Origin: an uncultured Eubacteriales bacterium
Lineage (GTDB): Bacteria; Bacillota; Clostridia; Christensenellales; CALVMC01
DNA: 64,000 nucleotides
NCBI GenBank assembly: GCA_949296455.1
Contig: CASFOZ010000003.1
Span: 83,767 to 147,766 of the forward strand
Direction of reading: 5' to 3'
Shown: piece after piece, positions 48,569-59,485 of the stretch
Numbering within the stretch: position 1 is the stretch's first letter
Layout: every line of letters starts with the position of its first letter
Notes under the pieces: model-generated
What the model saw: only the letters and a program-made list of their open reading frames with translations
The model's database searches: none
Told to the model about the DNA's origin: nothing
Program-made: the position numbers and the translations under genes

Positions 48569-49789
48569 TTACACAATAACACGGCTTTCGAGATAATATC
48601 TTTTATCTTCGGCCTCACCCATTGAAAAAGATTTTCTGGGCAAAATTCCGTATTTTAAAATATAATCGAACAATTCGTCTTTCGGTAATGTCGGCATATA
48701 AATTCCTATGCCGCCCGATTTTAATGCAACTTCTTTAAGATACTCGTCTCCGTGAATATAATCGACTTTGGCATTTTGGTGTTTTTCGAGATAAGTATCG
48801 ATATACTCCTGAATAACTTTTATAGCTTCCGAAGGACTTTCCGGTACTTTAAATCTCATACGAACGCCGTGATACAAAACTTCCCCTTTTGCACTGCCCT
48901 CAAACTTCATAAGTCCTTCCATAAAATCTTCTCCTGCCCCTGTAACGACTCTGTGTATGGGACTGAATTTTAATGCGTCACAATGAAGATTAACAAGTTC
49001 CACGAGAGCAAAACGAGCAGGATGATTTGCTTTTTCATCTTCTGAAAGCTCTTTTTTAATATTTTCCCAACATGCTTTTGCCGTTGCAAGAGAATGATTT
49101 CCGTCACCTACGGCAAAAAGAAATTTTTTATCGCTTTTATACTTTTCGTAAAGAACATTGCTGTCAAGTAAAGAATAAATTTTATCTATTATTTCATTTG
49201 TTTTCTTTACACGGTATCCTTTAATATTGCCGCCGTCTTTCATTAGATTGAAATCGTATAACTTTTTAAGTTTTTTTCTGTTTTCGAAAAGCGGTTCAAT
49301 AACCGAACATGTTCTGTCGTCCATAAGAAGCATAATGTGCGGAAGTTCCAAAGGAGCGTTTTTTCTTATATTCACTCTTACCGGAATTCTCTCTTTCACG
49401 GTTGCTTCGGTAGCTTTAATCAAAGCGTCGTTATCCGGTTCGAACTCATAATCTTCTAAATCTATACCTATAATAAGACCTGCTCTCACACCGTCTTTCG
49501 TTGTGCGTTCGGTAAGTATAAAAGATTTATCGATTGTTCTGAAAACCTTCTTTTTAAGATAGTATTCCATTGTGGAATTAATACTTTCTATGCGCTCTTG
49601 TTCGTTCTGCCCTATATAAATTTCAGGATACACTATATGATATGTACTTACGGCATTTTTCGTTATTTCTTCAACGCTCTGCCAATAATCGGGCTGAGAA
49701 GTAAACTGGTCGCACGCAATAACCGACCATAATGAAAGGTCGTACTTTTTTTTAGGCAATAAAATGTCGACGGCTTTGATGCAATTCAT
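48569..49789 (-). CDS. DUF1015 family protein
   Basis: WSVIACDQFTS, ATEAT, GDGNHSLATAK, PIHR, LPRKSFSMG. Confidence 0.8.
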   Translation of the reverse strand: MNCIKAVDILLPKKKYDLSLWSVIACDQFTSQPDYWQSVEEITKNAVSTYHIVYPEIYIGQNEQERIESINSTMEYYLKKKVFRTIDKSFILTERTTKDGVRAGLIIGIDLEDYEFEPDNDALIKATEATVKERIPVRVNIRKNAPLELPHIMLLMDDRTCSVIEPLFENRKKLKKLYDFNLMKDGGNIKGYRVKKTNEIIDKIYSLLDSNVLYEKYKSDKKFLFAVGDGNHSLATAKACWENIKKELSEDEKANHPARFALVELVNLHCDALKFSPIHRVVTGAGEDFMEGLMKFEGSAKGEVLYHGVRMRFKVPESPSEAIKVIQEYIDTYLEKHQNAKVDYIHGDEYLKEVALKSGGIGIYMPTLPKDELFDYILKYGILPRKSFSMGEAEDKRYYLESRVIV

Positions 49790-49800
49790 TTAATTGCTCC

Positions 49801-50628
49801 TTATATTAAATTTTTAAATTTGGAATCTTTACTGTCCGACGAAAGTCCGTATGCAACTTCTATTGCTTCTGTAAGTTTTTCAGGAGTTACATACCTTTTG
49901 ATTTCACCGTTATGAACGGTACTTATAATACCTGTTTCTTCACTGACTATAATAGCAAGAACATCGCTTTCTTCGGTAATACCTATTGCAGCTCTATGAC
50001 GTGTTCCTAATTCTTTTGAAATCGAATTAGCCTGTGAAAGAGGCAAGAAGCAACCTGCTGCAAGGACGGTATCGCCTTTAATTATAACTGCTCCGTCATG
50101 GAGAGGCGTTTTTGTGATAAATATACTTTCAAGCAGCTGAGAAGAAACTACGGCATTAAGAACTGTCCCGGTTTCGATAATGTGCTCAGGAACGGTTTTA
50201 GGGACTATAAGTATTAAAGCGCCGATATTGTTTTTTGCCATAATCTGGCAAGCTTTGACTATTTCGGTTGCCGAATTTTTAAGTTCGTCTTCGGTACTTG
50301 AGAAAATACTTAAATGATTGTCTTTATTTATCCACTTTCCTATTCTGTTAAACAGTGCTTTTAGATCTTGCTGGTAAGCAACGCAACATGCAACAATCAA
50401 GAAAATATTAAATATGCTCAAAATTTTATTCGTATAAAAGAATATACCGAATAATCTGAATAAAACATCAAAAGTAATTGTAAGTAAAATATAAACAAGA
50501 AGGAAAATTGCCACCAATAAATTATTTTTACTTATAAAAAATTTGAACATAAAGAACACGAGAACAGCTAATACAAGAATATCGATTGCAAGTGACCAAT
50601 AATTACCGGCGCCTATAAAGTCATTCAT
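49801..50628 (-). CDS. cdaA: Diadenylate cyclase CdaA
   Basis: Three N-terminal TMs, GALI, PLHDGAVII, GTRHRAA, VSEETG. Confidence 0.93.
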   Translation of the reverse strand: MNDFIGAGNYWSLAIDILVLAVLVFFMFKFFISKNNLLVAIFLLVYILLTITFDVLFRLFGIFFYTNKILSIFNIFLIVACCVAYQQDLKALFNRIGKWINKDNHLSIFSSTEDELKNSATEIVKACQIMAKNNIGALILIVPKTVPEHIIETGTVLNAVVSSQLLESIFITKTPLHDGAVIIKGDTVLAAGCFLPLSQANSISKELGTRHRAAIGITEESDVLAIIVSEETGIISTVHNGEIKRYVTPEKLTEAIEVAYGLSSDSKDSKFKNLI

Positions 50629-50687
50629 ATTTTTCCTCCTTTTATATTTTATAACATATTCAAAAAAAAGAAAAGCAAATTTAAACC

Positions 50688-52010
50688 TTATTTAAATTCA
50701 TCGAAAGGATTATCGTCATTTTTGTTATTACTGTTTAAATTTTGGTTTTTCTCAAAATCGTCAAATACTTTGAAATTATTTCCGTCCGAAAAAATTTCGT
50801 CGAGATTTACCTCTTTAAACTCATTTTCTTCTTTCGGCAAAGCGTCCTGTTCTTTTTTAAGTTTGCGATAAATCAAGAAGAAAACAACAACGGCCAAGAT
50901 AAGAACAATAGCATACATTCCGTAAATAAAATAATTATTGAAAAGCAAACCGTAATCGTAATAATCTTGAGTTGACTTAATCATTTCGTTTTCAAAATAC
51001 TCGCCTGTGATTCCGTAAATGACAACATTCACAGCCGTATTGAGGTCTGAATTTAATTTTTCCAAGCCTATATTTTCTATAAGATATCCGAGATTATCGC
51101 TGGGAGTATGCATGATTTCCGCTTTGTTTTCGACTTCACAGCTTAATCCGTACATCGATTCGAGATTTGCGCTGAAAATGCTTATGCTGTTTATTCCTTC
51201 TTTAACGAATACGGCATTATCGCTCATAATACCGTAATGATAATATGACAAATCGGCAAGCTCATTTTCAAGAGTAATAATATTTTTCTTACCGTCAAGT
51301 ATATTTATATTAAATTTCTGAAGGTCAATAATTTTCCTGAAATAATCCAAATGATACCTTTCAACCTCGTCTGCGTAAATATAGGTATAATCTCCTCCTG
51401 CCACCGAATCGAGATTAACGGAAAGAAGAATACCGCTTTTTTCTTGCTCTGATAAACTTTTGAGGTATTCGTTACTGCCGTAAAGACCTAATTCTTCTGC
51501 CGCATAGAAAACAAACTCGATATCGAAATCGAAAGATATGTTTTTTATTTTATCCGCAATTGCAAGAAGAGCCGCAACGCCTGTTCCGTTATCGTAAGCA
51601 CCTTCACTTTTCTCCTCATAACCTTCATAAGTGTAATTATCGTAATGCGCTCCGATAATAACTTTGTATCCGTTGTTTTCCGTTCCTTTTTTTATTCCGA
51701 TGACATTATAATCGGTAATAACCGTTCCTTCATCGCTTATATATTTTACTTCTTGTTTATACGAATCTCCTTTCTTTTCAAGACCTAAATCAATAAAACG
51801 AGACGAAAGATAATCGGAAGCCGCTTTGCAACCTTCGCTTCCCGCTTCTCTTTCAGGACAGTTTTCTAAAAAGTTAACAAGATAATTATACGCCGTTAAA
51901 TCTTCAGCAAGCGCAATATTGTTTTTGACAGAAAACAAAACAAAAGCACTGCAAGACAGAAAAGTTATAACGAGGGCAAAAGAAATAAATTTTATAAATA
52001 CTTTATTCAT
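50688..52010 (-). CDS. M28 family metallopeptidase with signal peptide and C-terminal membrane anchor
   Basis: GAHYD, GAYDNGTG, AAEELGL, NLD, SD, HTPSD. Confidence 0.85.
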   Translation of the reverse strand: MNKVFIKFISFALVITFLSCSAFVLFSVKNNIALAEDLTAYNYLVNFLENCPEREAGSEGCKAASDYLSSRFIDLGLEKKGDSYKQEVKYISDEGTVITDYNVIGIKKGTENNGYKVIIGAHYDNYTYEGYEEKSEGAYDNGTGVAALLAIADKIKNISFDFDIEFVFYAAEELGLYGSNEYLKSLSEQEKSGILLSVNLDSVAGGDYTYIYADEVERYHLDYFRKIIDLQKFNINILDGKKNIITLENELADLSYYHYGIMSDNAVFVKEGINSISIFSANLESMYGLSCEVENKAEIMHTPSDNLGYLIENIGLEKLNSDLNTAVNVVIYGITGEYFENEMIKSTQDYYDYGLLFNNYFIYGMYAIVLILAVVVFFLIYRKLKKEQDALPKEENEFKEVNLDEIFSDGNNFKVFDDFEKNQNLNSNNKNDDNPFDEFK

Positions 52011-52020
52011 ACTGTCCTCC

Positions 52021-52623
52021 TTAAAATACGAAAATTACAACAAGTATAAGCGGTAACTGAAAAGTCGCCATAACCGTTGCACGGTTTGAAGGTTTGCAGA
52101 ACTTTTTAAGATAAAAAAGAACCAGTAACCCTAACACTATCGTTTTTATTACAAGTTTAATTACTATATAAAAACTGTTTAGTAACGGAATATATAAAGG
52201 AAGAAAATTAAAACTTCCTATAACGATATTTAAAATTATAAAAAATACTCTTGCCCAGAATTTATAATCGTAAACATTGATAGGATATTCCGGAAATTTC
52301 GCCATAAATGCGCCGCTTCCGCCGGCAGGTCTGTTTTCTTTAAAAATCCGCCCCGCATATACCCTTCTTAAATAGTTGTATGATAATCTGAGAAAAAATT
52401 CGAAAAGCAATAAAGCTATTCCTGCAGTAATTATAAGAGCGAACCAAAACACGGTAGCTGCATAACTTTCCGTAATAGCAAAACCCATATACGGCATAAG
52501 TGCAAATGTCAAAGTCAAACCGTAATAGCAAGAATACATGTAAGTTAAAAAAAGCAGAACCATCAAAACGATATTATAGGTTTTGTTTTGAGTATAATTA
52601 TCTGTTGAAAAAAATTTATTCAT
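52021..52623 (-). CDS. Hypothetical multi-pass membrane protein
   Basis: About five hydrophobic segments; GAGGTG SD. Confidence 0.6.
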   Translation of the reverse strand: MNKFFSTDNYTQNKTYNIVLMVLLFLTYMYSCYYGLTLTFALMPYMGFAITESYAATVFWFALIITAGIALLLFEFFLRLSYNYLRRVYAGRIFKENRPAGGSGAFMAKFPEYPINVYDYKFWARVFFIILNIVIGSFNFLPLYIPLLNSFYIVIKLVIKTIVLGLLVLFYLKKFCKPSNRATVMATFQLPLILVVIFVF

Positions 52624-52656
52624 ATCTCACCTCTTTACTTGTTAATCTTTAATCAA

Positions 52657-53604
52657 TTAACCGAAAGTGACAAAATCTATTGCAGTTTCAAGAGCGTTTA
52701 TATCGCTCATTTCCCCTTTTTTAAATCTGTACTCGCAATTCTGTAAATAATCCACTATTTTTTTTAGCTTAAGTTGAGACATTTTTTTCCCTTCTTTCAT
52801 TGCCATCTCAACGGCATAAACTTTAACATTCAATTTAGAAGCTATATCGCTTAAAGACATATCGGAAATCACAGAATGCAACATTCGTCTGAATTGAGCC
52901 GTTATTAGTCCCAAAAGAGCTGAAGGAGATTTCCCGTCCGATAAAAGCCTACTTTTAACATCGTTAATCTTCTGAGTATCTTTTGAGAGCAAAGCCTTCG
53001 ATAATTCAAATACTTCGTAATCGGTTTCGGAATTAACCACTTCGTCTATATAAAGCGGATTAATTTTTTTGTCGTCAAAAAAATAAGCCTTTAATTTTAT
53101 TATTTCGTTATTTATCTTTCCTATGTATGAACCGCATTTTTTTACTATAAGATTTATCGTATCGCTGTCACAAATATAGCCGTCCGACTCAAAAGAATTT
53201 TTAACGAAAGTATATGCGCTTCTCTCATCGGCTCTAGAACAATCTATTTCAACGGTTTCAAAAGGCAGATTTTTAAAAACTTCGCTTTTAAAACACGAAA
53301 ATATAAGTATAGTCTTTTCGGAACAATTGGAATAGATTTTGTTAAATTTATCGCTGTTTATTTTATCGGTGCGAATGAGAACGGCTCTGAGCTCGTCAAA
53401 AATAGGATAAACGGCGACTGCTTCTATAACTTCCGACAAATCGAAATCCTCTTCAAAAATTCTGAAATTAAGTTCTTTATTCGAAATAACCGAAACAATT
53501 TCTTTTACCGCAAGTTTTTTGACATAAAAATCGTCGCCGTATAATATAAACGGACCTTTTCTGTTATTATTGAGTACGGCAGACAATTCCCAGGCTCTTA
53601 TCAT
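52657..53604 (-). CDS. holA: DNA polymerase III delta subunit
   Basis: ILYGDD, NEIIKL, VFELSKAL, C-terminal EYRFKKG pattern. Confidence 0.8.
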   Translation of the reverse strand: MIRAWELSAVLNNNRKGPFILYGDDFYVKKLAVKEIVSVISNKELNFRIFEEDFDLSEVIEAVAVYPIFDELRAVLIRTDKINSDKFNKIYSNCSEKTILIFSCFKSEVFKNLPFETVEIDCSRADERSAYTFVKNSFESDGYICDSDTINLIVKKCGSYIGKINNEIIKLKAYFFDDKKINPLYIDEVVNSETDYEVFELSKALLSKDTQKINDVKSRLLSDGKSPSALLGLITAQFRRMLHSVISDMSLSDIASKLNVKVYAVEMAMKEGKKMSQLKLKKIVDYLQNCEYRFKKGEMSDINALETAIDFVTFG

Positions 53605-53607
53605 TTA

Positions 53608-54864
53608 TCAAAACGATACATCGTTATCGTATAAAGGATATTTCTTGCAAAGAGCGGAGACCTTTTCCGAGACACTGCCTATTGCATTTTCCCCTTGGTA
53701 AATAATCTCAGAAATACAATCTGCAATAACTTTCATATCTTCTTCTTTCATTCCTCTTGCAGTTACGCTCGGAGTTCCTATTCTTATACCCGAAGTAACA
53801 AAAGGTTTTTGAGTATCGAAAGGTATAGCGTTTTTATTTACTGTAATATGGGCTTTATCCAAAAGACCTTCTATTTCTTTTCCCGTAAGATTCTTAGCGG
53901 TAAGGTCGATAAGCATTAAATGATTATCCGTTCCGCCTGAAACTATATCTATACCGTTTTTCAAAAGAGCCTTTGAAAGAACTTCGGCATTTTTAACTAT
54001 CTGCTTTTGATAAGACTTAAATTCTTTTGACTGAGCCTCTTTAAAAGCAACAGCTTTTGCTGCGATAATATGCATAAGAGGTCCTCCCTGAGTGCCGGGG
54101 AAAACCGCTTTATCGACGGCAGCCGCATATTCCTGTTTGCACAGAATAAGACCGCCCCTCGGACCTCTCAATGTTTTATGAGTAGTAGAAGTAACTATAT
54201 CGGCATAAGGAACTGGATTCTGATGAAGTCCAGCCGCAACGAGTCCTGCGATATGAGCCATATCGACCATAAGTTTAGCGCCTACCATATCGGCAATTTC
54301 CTTAAATTTTTTAAAATCAAGTTTTCTCGGATATGCGCTTGCTCCGCAAACTATAAGAGCAGGCTTACATTCCTTGGCAATTTTTTCCACTTCTTCGTAA
54401 TCTATGGTAGAATTTTTTTCCTTACTTACGCCATACGGAACAATATTAAAATATTTACCCGAAACATTTACAGGGCTTCCGTGCGTTAAATGTCCGCCGT
54501 GTGCAAGGTTCATACCCATAATGGTGTCGCCCGGTTTTAAAAGAGCAAAATAAGCGGCGAAGTTTGCGTTTGCTCCGCTGTGAGGCTGAACGTTGGCATG
54601 CTCTGCGCCGAAAAGTTCCTTTGCCCTTTCAATGGCTAGTTTTTCAACTATATCGACATATTCGCAACCGCCGTAATATCTTTTTTCGGGATATCCCTCG
54701 GCATACTTGTTTGTTAAAAAAGAACCGGCTGCCGCCATAACGGCAGGGCTTACAAAGTTTTCGCTTGCAATAAGTTCGATATTGTTCTGCTGTCTTTTAA
54801 GTTCTAAAACCATTGCGTCGTAAAGTGCTTCGTCAGTTTTTTTAATTATGCTTAAATCTACCAT
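53608..54864 (-). CDS. glyA: Serine hydroxymethyltransferase
   Basis: [34 protein letters not shown]. Confidence 0.98.
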   Translation of the reverse strand: MVDLSIIKKTDEALYDAMVLELKRQQNNIELIASENFVSPAVMAAAGSFLTNKYAEGYPEKRYYGGCEYVDIVEKLAIERAKELFGAEHANVQPHSGANANFAAYFALLKPGDTIMGMNLAHGGHLTHGSPVNVSGKYFNIVPYGVSKEKNSTIDYEEVEKIAKECKPALIVCGASAYPRKLDFKKFKEIADMVGAKLMVDMAHIAGLVAAGLHQNPVPYADIVTSTTHKTLRGPRGGLILCKQEYAAAVDKAVFPGTQGGPLMHIIAAKAVAFKEAQSKEFKSYQKQIVKNAEVLSKALLKNGIDIVSGGTDNHLMLIDLTAKNLTGKEIEGLLDKAHITVNKNAIPFDTQKPFVTSGIRIGTPSVTARGMKEEDMKVIADCISEIIYQGENAIGSVSEKVSALCKKYPLYDNDVSF

Positions 54865-54886
54865 AAATTTATCCTCTTTATAAATA

Positions 54887-55207
54887 TTATAAATTTTTTG
54901 TAATCAAATTTTCTAAGACATTTTTTTGTCTTAATCCTACTACTTTCTCTACTATTTTTCCGTTTTTGAACATACACACGGTAGGGATACTCATAATATC
55001 GTAATCCTGAGCGATATTTTCATATTCATCGATATTAAGTTTACATATATTAACTCTTCCCTCATAATCTTTGGCAAGCTGCTCTATAATCGGCGCCATA
55101 AGTTTACAAGGTCCGCACCATTCAGCCCAAAAATCAACAACGGTAAGATTCGAGCCGTTTACGGTTTCGGAAAAATTTTCATTCGTGAGTTCCGTTGCTT
55201 TTGCCAT
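54887..55207 (-). CDS. trxA: Thioredoxin
   Basis: [12 protein letters not shown]. Confidence 0.95.
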   Translation of the reverse strand: MAKATELTNENFSETVNGSNLTVVDFWAEWCGPCKLMAPIIEQLAKDYEGRVNICKLNIDEYENIAQDYDIMSIPTVCMFKNGKIVEKVVGLRQKNVLENLITKNL

Positions 55208-55231
55208 ATAATCCTCCTTAAAAAACTTTTT

Positions 55232-55762
55232 CTATTTGTTTAATTCTGAATCTTCGTTATTTAAATCAATAGTTTCAGTATTGTTATTCTGAATAGATTC
55301 ATCGGAAATCTCAATATTTTCTCTGCCGTTTTTGATATCATTGTTATCAGTGTCCGATACGGAAAGAATTGAAATCATTTCCGGTTTAAATCCTTTTTTC
55401 TTCGATATTACGAACTTATCGAGAAGATAAGCGATAACAAATCCTAAAACGAGCATTGAAACGGCTGCAATTATCTGAGCGATTTCTCCCAAAGACATAA
55501 ATGCAAGAATTCCCACTGCAACGAGTATCAACGGAATAACATAAACTATAAACGATGCCGTAAGTACAAATCTGTCTCCCATTTCCACATTTACTCTGTC
55601 TCCTGCTTTTGCATTGAGTTTATTATCTATAGTAACGCTTACGGTCATGCTTCCTTTTCTGACAACGCACATACCGCATTTATCGCAAGCGGATTTACGA
55701 GGAAATTCCACTACCGCTCTGTTCTTTTTATCGACTTTTTTTACCGTACCTGTTTCAACCAT
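55232..55762 (-). CDS. RseC/MucC family membrane protein
   Basis: ETGTV...RKSACDKCGMC, GDRV, YVIPL and two TMs. Confidence 0.8.
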   Translation of the reverse strand: MVETGTVKKVDKKNRAVVEFPRKSACDKCGMCVVRKGSMTVSVTIDNKLNAKAGDRVNVEMGDRFVLTASFIVYVIPLILVAVGILAFMSLGEIAQIIAAVSMLVLGFVIAYLLDKFVISKKKGFKPEMISILSVSDTDNNDIKNGRENIEISDESIQNNNTETIDLNNEDSELNK

Positions 55763-55787
55763 TTTTCTGCCTGACAAAATATTTTTA

Positions 55788-56456
55788 TTAATTTTCTATT
55801 AATTTGTTTATAATATACCCGCATATCGTGCTACCCATAATAGCAGGAATATACGAAATACTTCCTATAATTCTTTCTTTTTTATCGGCAACGCCGCAAG
55901 CATAAACCACATCGAGAGAGTTAATATTAATTTCACGCAGCTTATGTCTGATTTTTTTTGCCAATCCGTCGCCGCTTGTTTTATATATATCGGTAACTTC
56001 GAACTTGCACAAGTTATATCGGTTACCTGCACCCATTGCGGAAATGATAGGATAATTGTTGTCCTTTGCGTATTTTATCAAATCTACTTTGTTTTCAACA
56101 TTATCTATACAATCTGCAATAAAGTCTATTTTCCCTTTTAGATAAGTACCTATATTTTCTTTGGTAATAAATTTAGGTATTATACTTAGTTTTGCATTAC
56201 TTATATTTTCTATCCTTTTTTTAAATTCCTCGGCTTTGTTTTTTCCTATATTAGATTTCGTTGCAATAATTTGCCTGTTAAGATTACTCTCTTCTATATT
56301 ATCTCCGTCGGCTAAAATCAAATTACCTGTTCCGCATCTTGCAAGTTCTTCCGCAACAAAACCTCCTACTCCGCCAAGTCCGACAACCGCAACGGTGGCA
56401 TTGGAAAGAATATCGAATTTTTCCTGTCCGATAAGTTCAACCGTTCTTCTGTTCAT
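55788..56456 (-). CDS. tcdA: ThiF/E1-like protein, probable tRNA ct6A dehydratase TcdA
   Basis: GLGGVGG, SNLNRQ, DCID, SAMGAG, DGLAKKIR, GSISYIP. Confidence 0.8.
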   Translation of the reverse strand: MNRRTVELIGQEKFDILSNATVAVVGLGGVGGFVAEELARCGTGNLILADGDNIEESNLNRQIIATKSNIGKNKAEEFKKRIENISNAKLSIIPKFITKENIGTYLKGKIDFIADCIDNVENKVDLIKYAKDNNYPIISAMGAGNRYNLCKFEVTDIYKTSGDGLAKKIRHKLREININSLDVVYACGVADKKERIIGSISYIPAIMGSTICGYIINKLIEN

Positions 56457-58236
56457 CGTTCTGTATAGAAAGTCTGAGCTCTTTTAATTGCTTGTCCTCA
56501 ACCGGAGAAGGGGCATCACTCATAAGACAACTTGCGTTCTGAACTTTCGGAAATGCAATAACGTCTTTTATGTTGTCTACTCCCGTAAACAACATAACAA
56601 GTCTGTCGAGTCCGAAAGCAAGACCTCCGTGCGGAGGAACACCGTATTTGAATGCGTCTACAAAAAATCCGAATCTGTCTTTTATATCTTGTTCCGAAAG
56701 ACCTATCAAGTCGAACATTTTTTTCTGCATATTTCTGTCATGAATTCTTATACTTCCGCCACCTGCTTCCTGTCCGTTTATAACAAGGTCATAAGCGTTT
56801 GCTCTGATTTTTTCCGGCGCTTTGTCAATGTATTTCAAATCTTCCTGTTTAGGACTTGTAAAAGGATGATGCATTGCGACATATCTTTGTTCTTCTTCGT
56901 TATACTCGAGAAGAGGGAAATCTTTTATCCATAGAATATCAAAAATACTTTCGTCAATCAAAGAATATTTTTTTGCTATAAAACATCTTAAAAGTCCTAA
57001 TGTTTCCAACAAGAATTTATCCTTGCTTTCTGCAGCGATAAAAATAATATCTCCCTTTTCCGCATTCATGATTTTGCAAATCGAATCGGTAATTTCATCG
57101 TTTAAAAATTTGGAAATCGAAGAAGAAACACCTTCGTTTTTCAACGATATATAATAAAGTCCCTTTGCACCGCACGATTTAGCGTAATCGCATATTTCAT
57201 CTATATTTTTGCGTGTGAGAGTGTTTGAAAGGCCTTTTGCGTTTATGGCACGAACTTTACCGCCGTTTTTTATAACCTCGTCAAAGTTAACGAAAGAGCA
57301 TTTTTTCACTTCTTTCGTTATATCTTTTATTTTCATATCGAATCGTGTATCCGGTTTGTCGCTGCCGTAATTTTCCATCGCTTCTTGATAACTCATTCTT
57401 CTGAAAGGCTTATCGAAATTAATTTTAAGACATTCTTTAAAAAGTTCTTTTATAAGCCCTTCGGCAATTTCCATAACGTCTTCTTCGTTATTGACAAAAC
57501 TCATTTCAAGGTCAATCTGAGAAAATTCAGGTTGTCTGTTCGCTCTTAAATCTTCATCTCTGAAACACCGTGCAATCTGATAATATCTGTCAAAGCCTGC
57601 AATCATTAAAAGCTGTTTGAATAGCTGCGGAGACTGCGGCAAAGCATAAAATTCACCGGGATGAACTCTGCTCGGGACAAGGTAATCCCTTGCGCCTTCG
57701 GGAGTGGATTTTCCGAGAAAAGGAGTCTCGATTTCCATAAACCCGTTTTGTGAAAGATAATTTCTCGCAACTTTTGAGATACTGTCACGCATAGCGAAAA
57801 TCTTTTGAAGATAAGGTCTTCTGAGGTCAAGATAACGGTATTTCAAACGAAGGGCTTCGTTTGCGTTGACGTCATCGGAAATAAAGAACGGAGTAACATC
57901 GGCTTCGGAAAGAATTGTAAGTTTTTCCGCATTGATTTCTATTTCGCCCGTAGGAAGATTTTTATTGATATTTTTTTCGCCTCTGAGTGACACGGTTCCC
58001 GTCACGGAGATTACAAATTCGTTCTTCAATTTGATACACTGTTCGAAAAGTTTTTCGTCCGAAGTTTTATCGAACCTTATCTGAACGATACCCGTTCTGT
58101 CTCTTAAATCCACAAAAAAGATTGTGCCTAAATTTCTGTATTTGGCAACAAAACCGTTAGCAGTAACTTTTTTACCTATATCGTCAGTTCTGAACTGACC
58201 GCACATTTTTGTTCTTTTTTCCATAGTGTTTTCCAT
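56437..58236 (-). CDS. aspS: Aspartyl-tRNA synthetase
   Basis: DLRDRTG, RYLDLRR, PEGARDY, PQSPQ, CFRDEDLR, HHPFT, PPHGG; start 58236 or 58224. Confidence 0.97.
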   Translation of the reverse strand: MENTMEKRTKMCGQFRTDDIGKKVTANGFVAKYRNLGTIFFVDLRDRTGIVQIRFDKTSDEKLFEQCIKLKNEFVISVTGTVSLRGEKNINKNLPTGEIEINAEKLTILSEADVTPFFISDDVNANEALRLKYRYLDLRRPYLQKIFAMRDSISKVARNYLSQNGFMEIETPFLGKSTPEGARDYLVPSRVHPGEFYALPQSPQLFKQLLMIAGFDRYYQIARCFRDEDLRANRQPEFSQIDLEMSFVNNEEDVMEIAEGLIKELFKECLKINFDKPFRRMSYQEAMENYGSDKPDTRFDMKIKDITKEVKKCSFVNFDEVIKNGGKVRAINAKGLSNTLTRKNIDEICDYAKSCGAKGLYYISLKNEGVSSSISKFLNDEITDSICKIMNAEKGDIIFIAAESKDKFLLETLGLLRCFIAKKYSLIDESIFDILWIKDFPLLEYNEEEQRYVAMHHPFTSPKQEDLKYIDKAPEKIRANAYDLVINGQEAGGGSIRIHDRNMQKKMFDLIGLSEQDIKDRFGFFVDAFKYGVPPHGGLAFGLDRLVMLFTGVDNIKDVIAFPKVQNASCLMSDAPSPVEDKQLKELRLSIQNDEQKNG

Positions 58237-58237
58237 A

Positions 58238-59485
58238 TTATTCCGCAAAAAACTTAATTATATCTGAAATTTTTATTTCTTTGACATCGGAAGATTTCAT
58301 ATTTTTAATTTTACACAACCCGGTTTTAATTTCGTCGTCGCCTAAAACCACACAGTACTGAGCTTTTATTTTATCTGCATATTTCATTTGAGACTTTAAA
58401 CTTCTTCCCATGATATCGGTTTCGGCGATTATTCCTGAGCTTCGTAATTCATAAACGGTTTTCAACGCAAATTCTTTTGCTTTTTCCGTCGCAACAGAAA
58501 TAAAAACGGCAGGAAATATTTCGTTAAAAATATCCGGATTACTGTTCTCGATAAGTAAAAGCAGTCTTTCAATACCCATTCCGAAACCTACCGCCGGAAC
58601 ATCTTCACCGCCTAACTGTTTGGTAAGTCCGTTATATCTTCCTCCTCCGCAAACTGTGGACTTGGCGCCGAGTTTATCGCTGACAAATTCGAATACCGTT
58701 CTGTAATAGTAGTCGAGTCCTCTTACAATCATCGGATTTTCCACAAAATCAATATCGAGATTTTTTAATATCAATTTTAATTTTTCGTGATGCTCTCTGC
58801 AATCGTTACAAAGATAATCTAAAATTTTAGGTGCGTTTTTTGCGATTTCAGAACATGTTTCTTCTTTACAATCCAAAAGGCGCAAAGGATTTTTTTCAAG
58901 TCTTTCCTTACAGGTTTTACATATTTTATCCTTATGTTTATCGTAATATTTTTTTAAAGCGTTATTGTACTCTTTTCTGCAAACCGGACAACCTATACTG
59001 TTTATTTCGAGAACGGGATTCAATTTGAAACGGTCAAAAAGAGTTTTGGCAAGAGAAATAATATCTGCGTCCGCTTCGGGCGTTTTTGCCCCGTAAAGTT
59101 CTGCGCCGAACTGATGATGTTCTCTTAGCCTTCCGGCCTGAGGTCTTTCATACCTGAAAACAGGAGTTATGTAGAACATTTTGACAGGAAGAATTCCTGC
59201 GTAAAGGTTGTTTTCTATAAAACTTCTTGCAACGCCTGCCGTTCCTTCCGGTTTTAAAGTAATACTTCTTCCGCCTTTGTCTTCGAATGTATACATTTCC
59301 TTATTGACGACATCGGTAGTCTCACCTACTCCTCTTAAAAAAAGTTCCGTATGTTCGAAAACGGGAGTTCTTATTTCTTTATAACAAAAAGCGTCGGCAA
59401 CGCTTTTTGCTTGGTTTTCGATAAATCTCCATTTATAAGATTGAGAAGGCAATACGTCCTTAGTGCCTTTTGGTATGGTAATCAT
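58238..59485 (-). CDS. hisS: Histidyl-tRNA synthetase
   Basis: PKGTKD, KEMY, PEGTA, FRYERPQAGR, VRGLDYY, GGGRY. Confidence 0.97.
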   Translation of the reverse strand: MITIPKGTKDVLPSQSYKWRFIENQAKSVADAFCYKEIRTPVFEHTELFLRGVGETTDVVNKEMYTFEDKGGRSITLKPEGTAGVARSFIENNLYAGILPVKMFYITPVFRYERPQAGRLREHHQFGAELYGAKTPEADADIISLAKTLFDRFKLNPVLEINSIGCPVCRKEYNNALKKYYDKHKDKICKTCKERLEKNPLRLLDCKEETCSEIAKNAPKILDYLCNDCREHHEKLKLILKNLDIDFVENPMIVRGLDYYYRTVFEFVSDKLGAKSTVCGGGRYNGLTKQLGGEDVPAVGFGMGIERLLLLIENSNPDIFNEIFPAVFISVATEKAKEFALKTVYELRSSGIIAETDIMGRSLKSQMKYADKIKAQYCVVLGDDEIKTGLCKIKNMKSSDVKEIKISDIIKFFAE

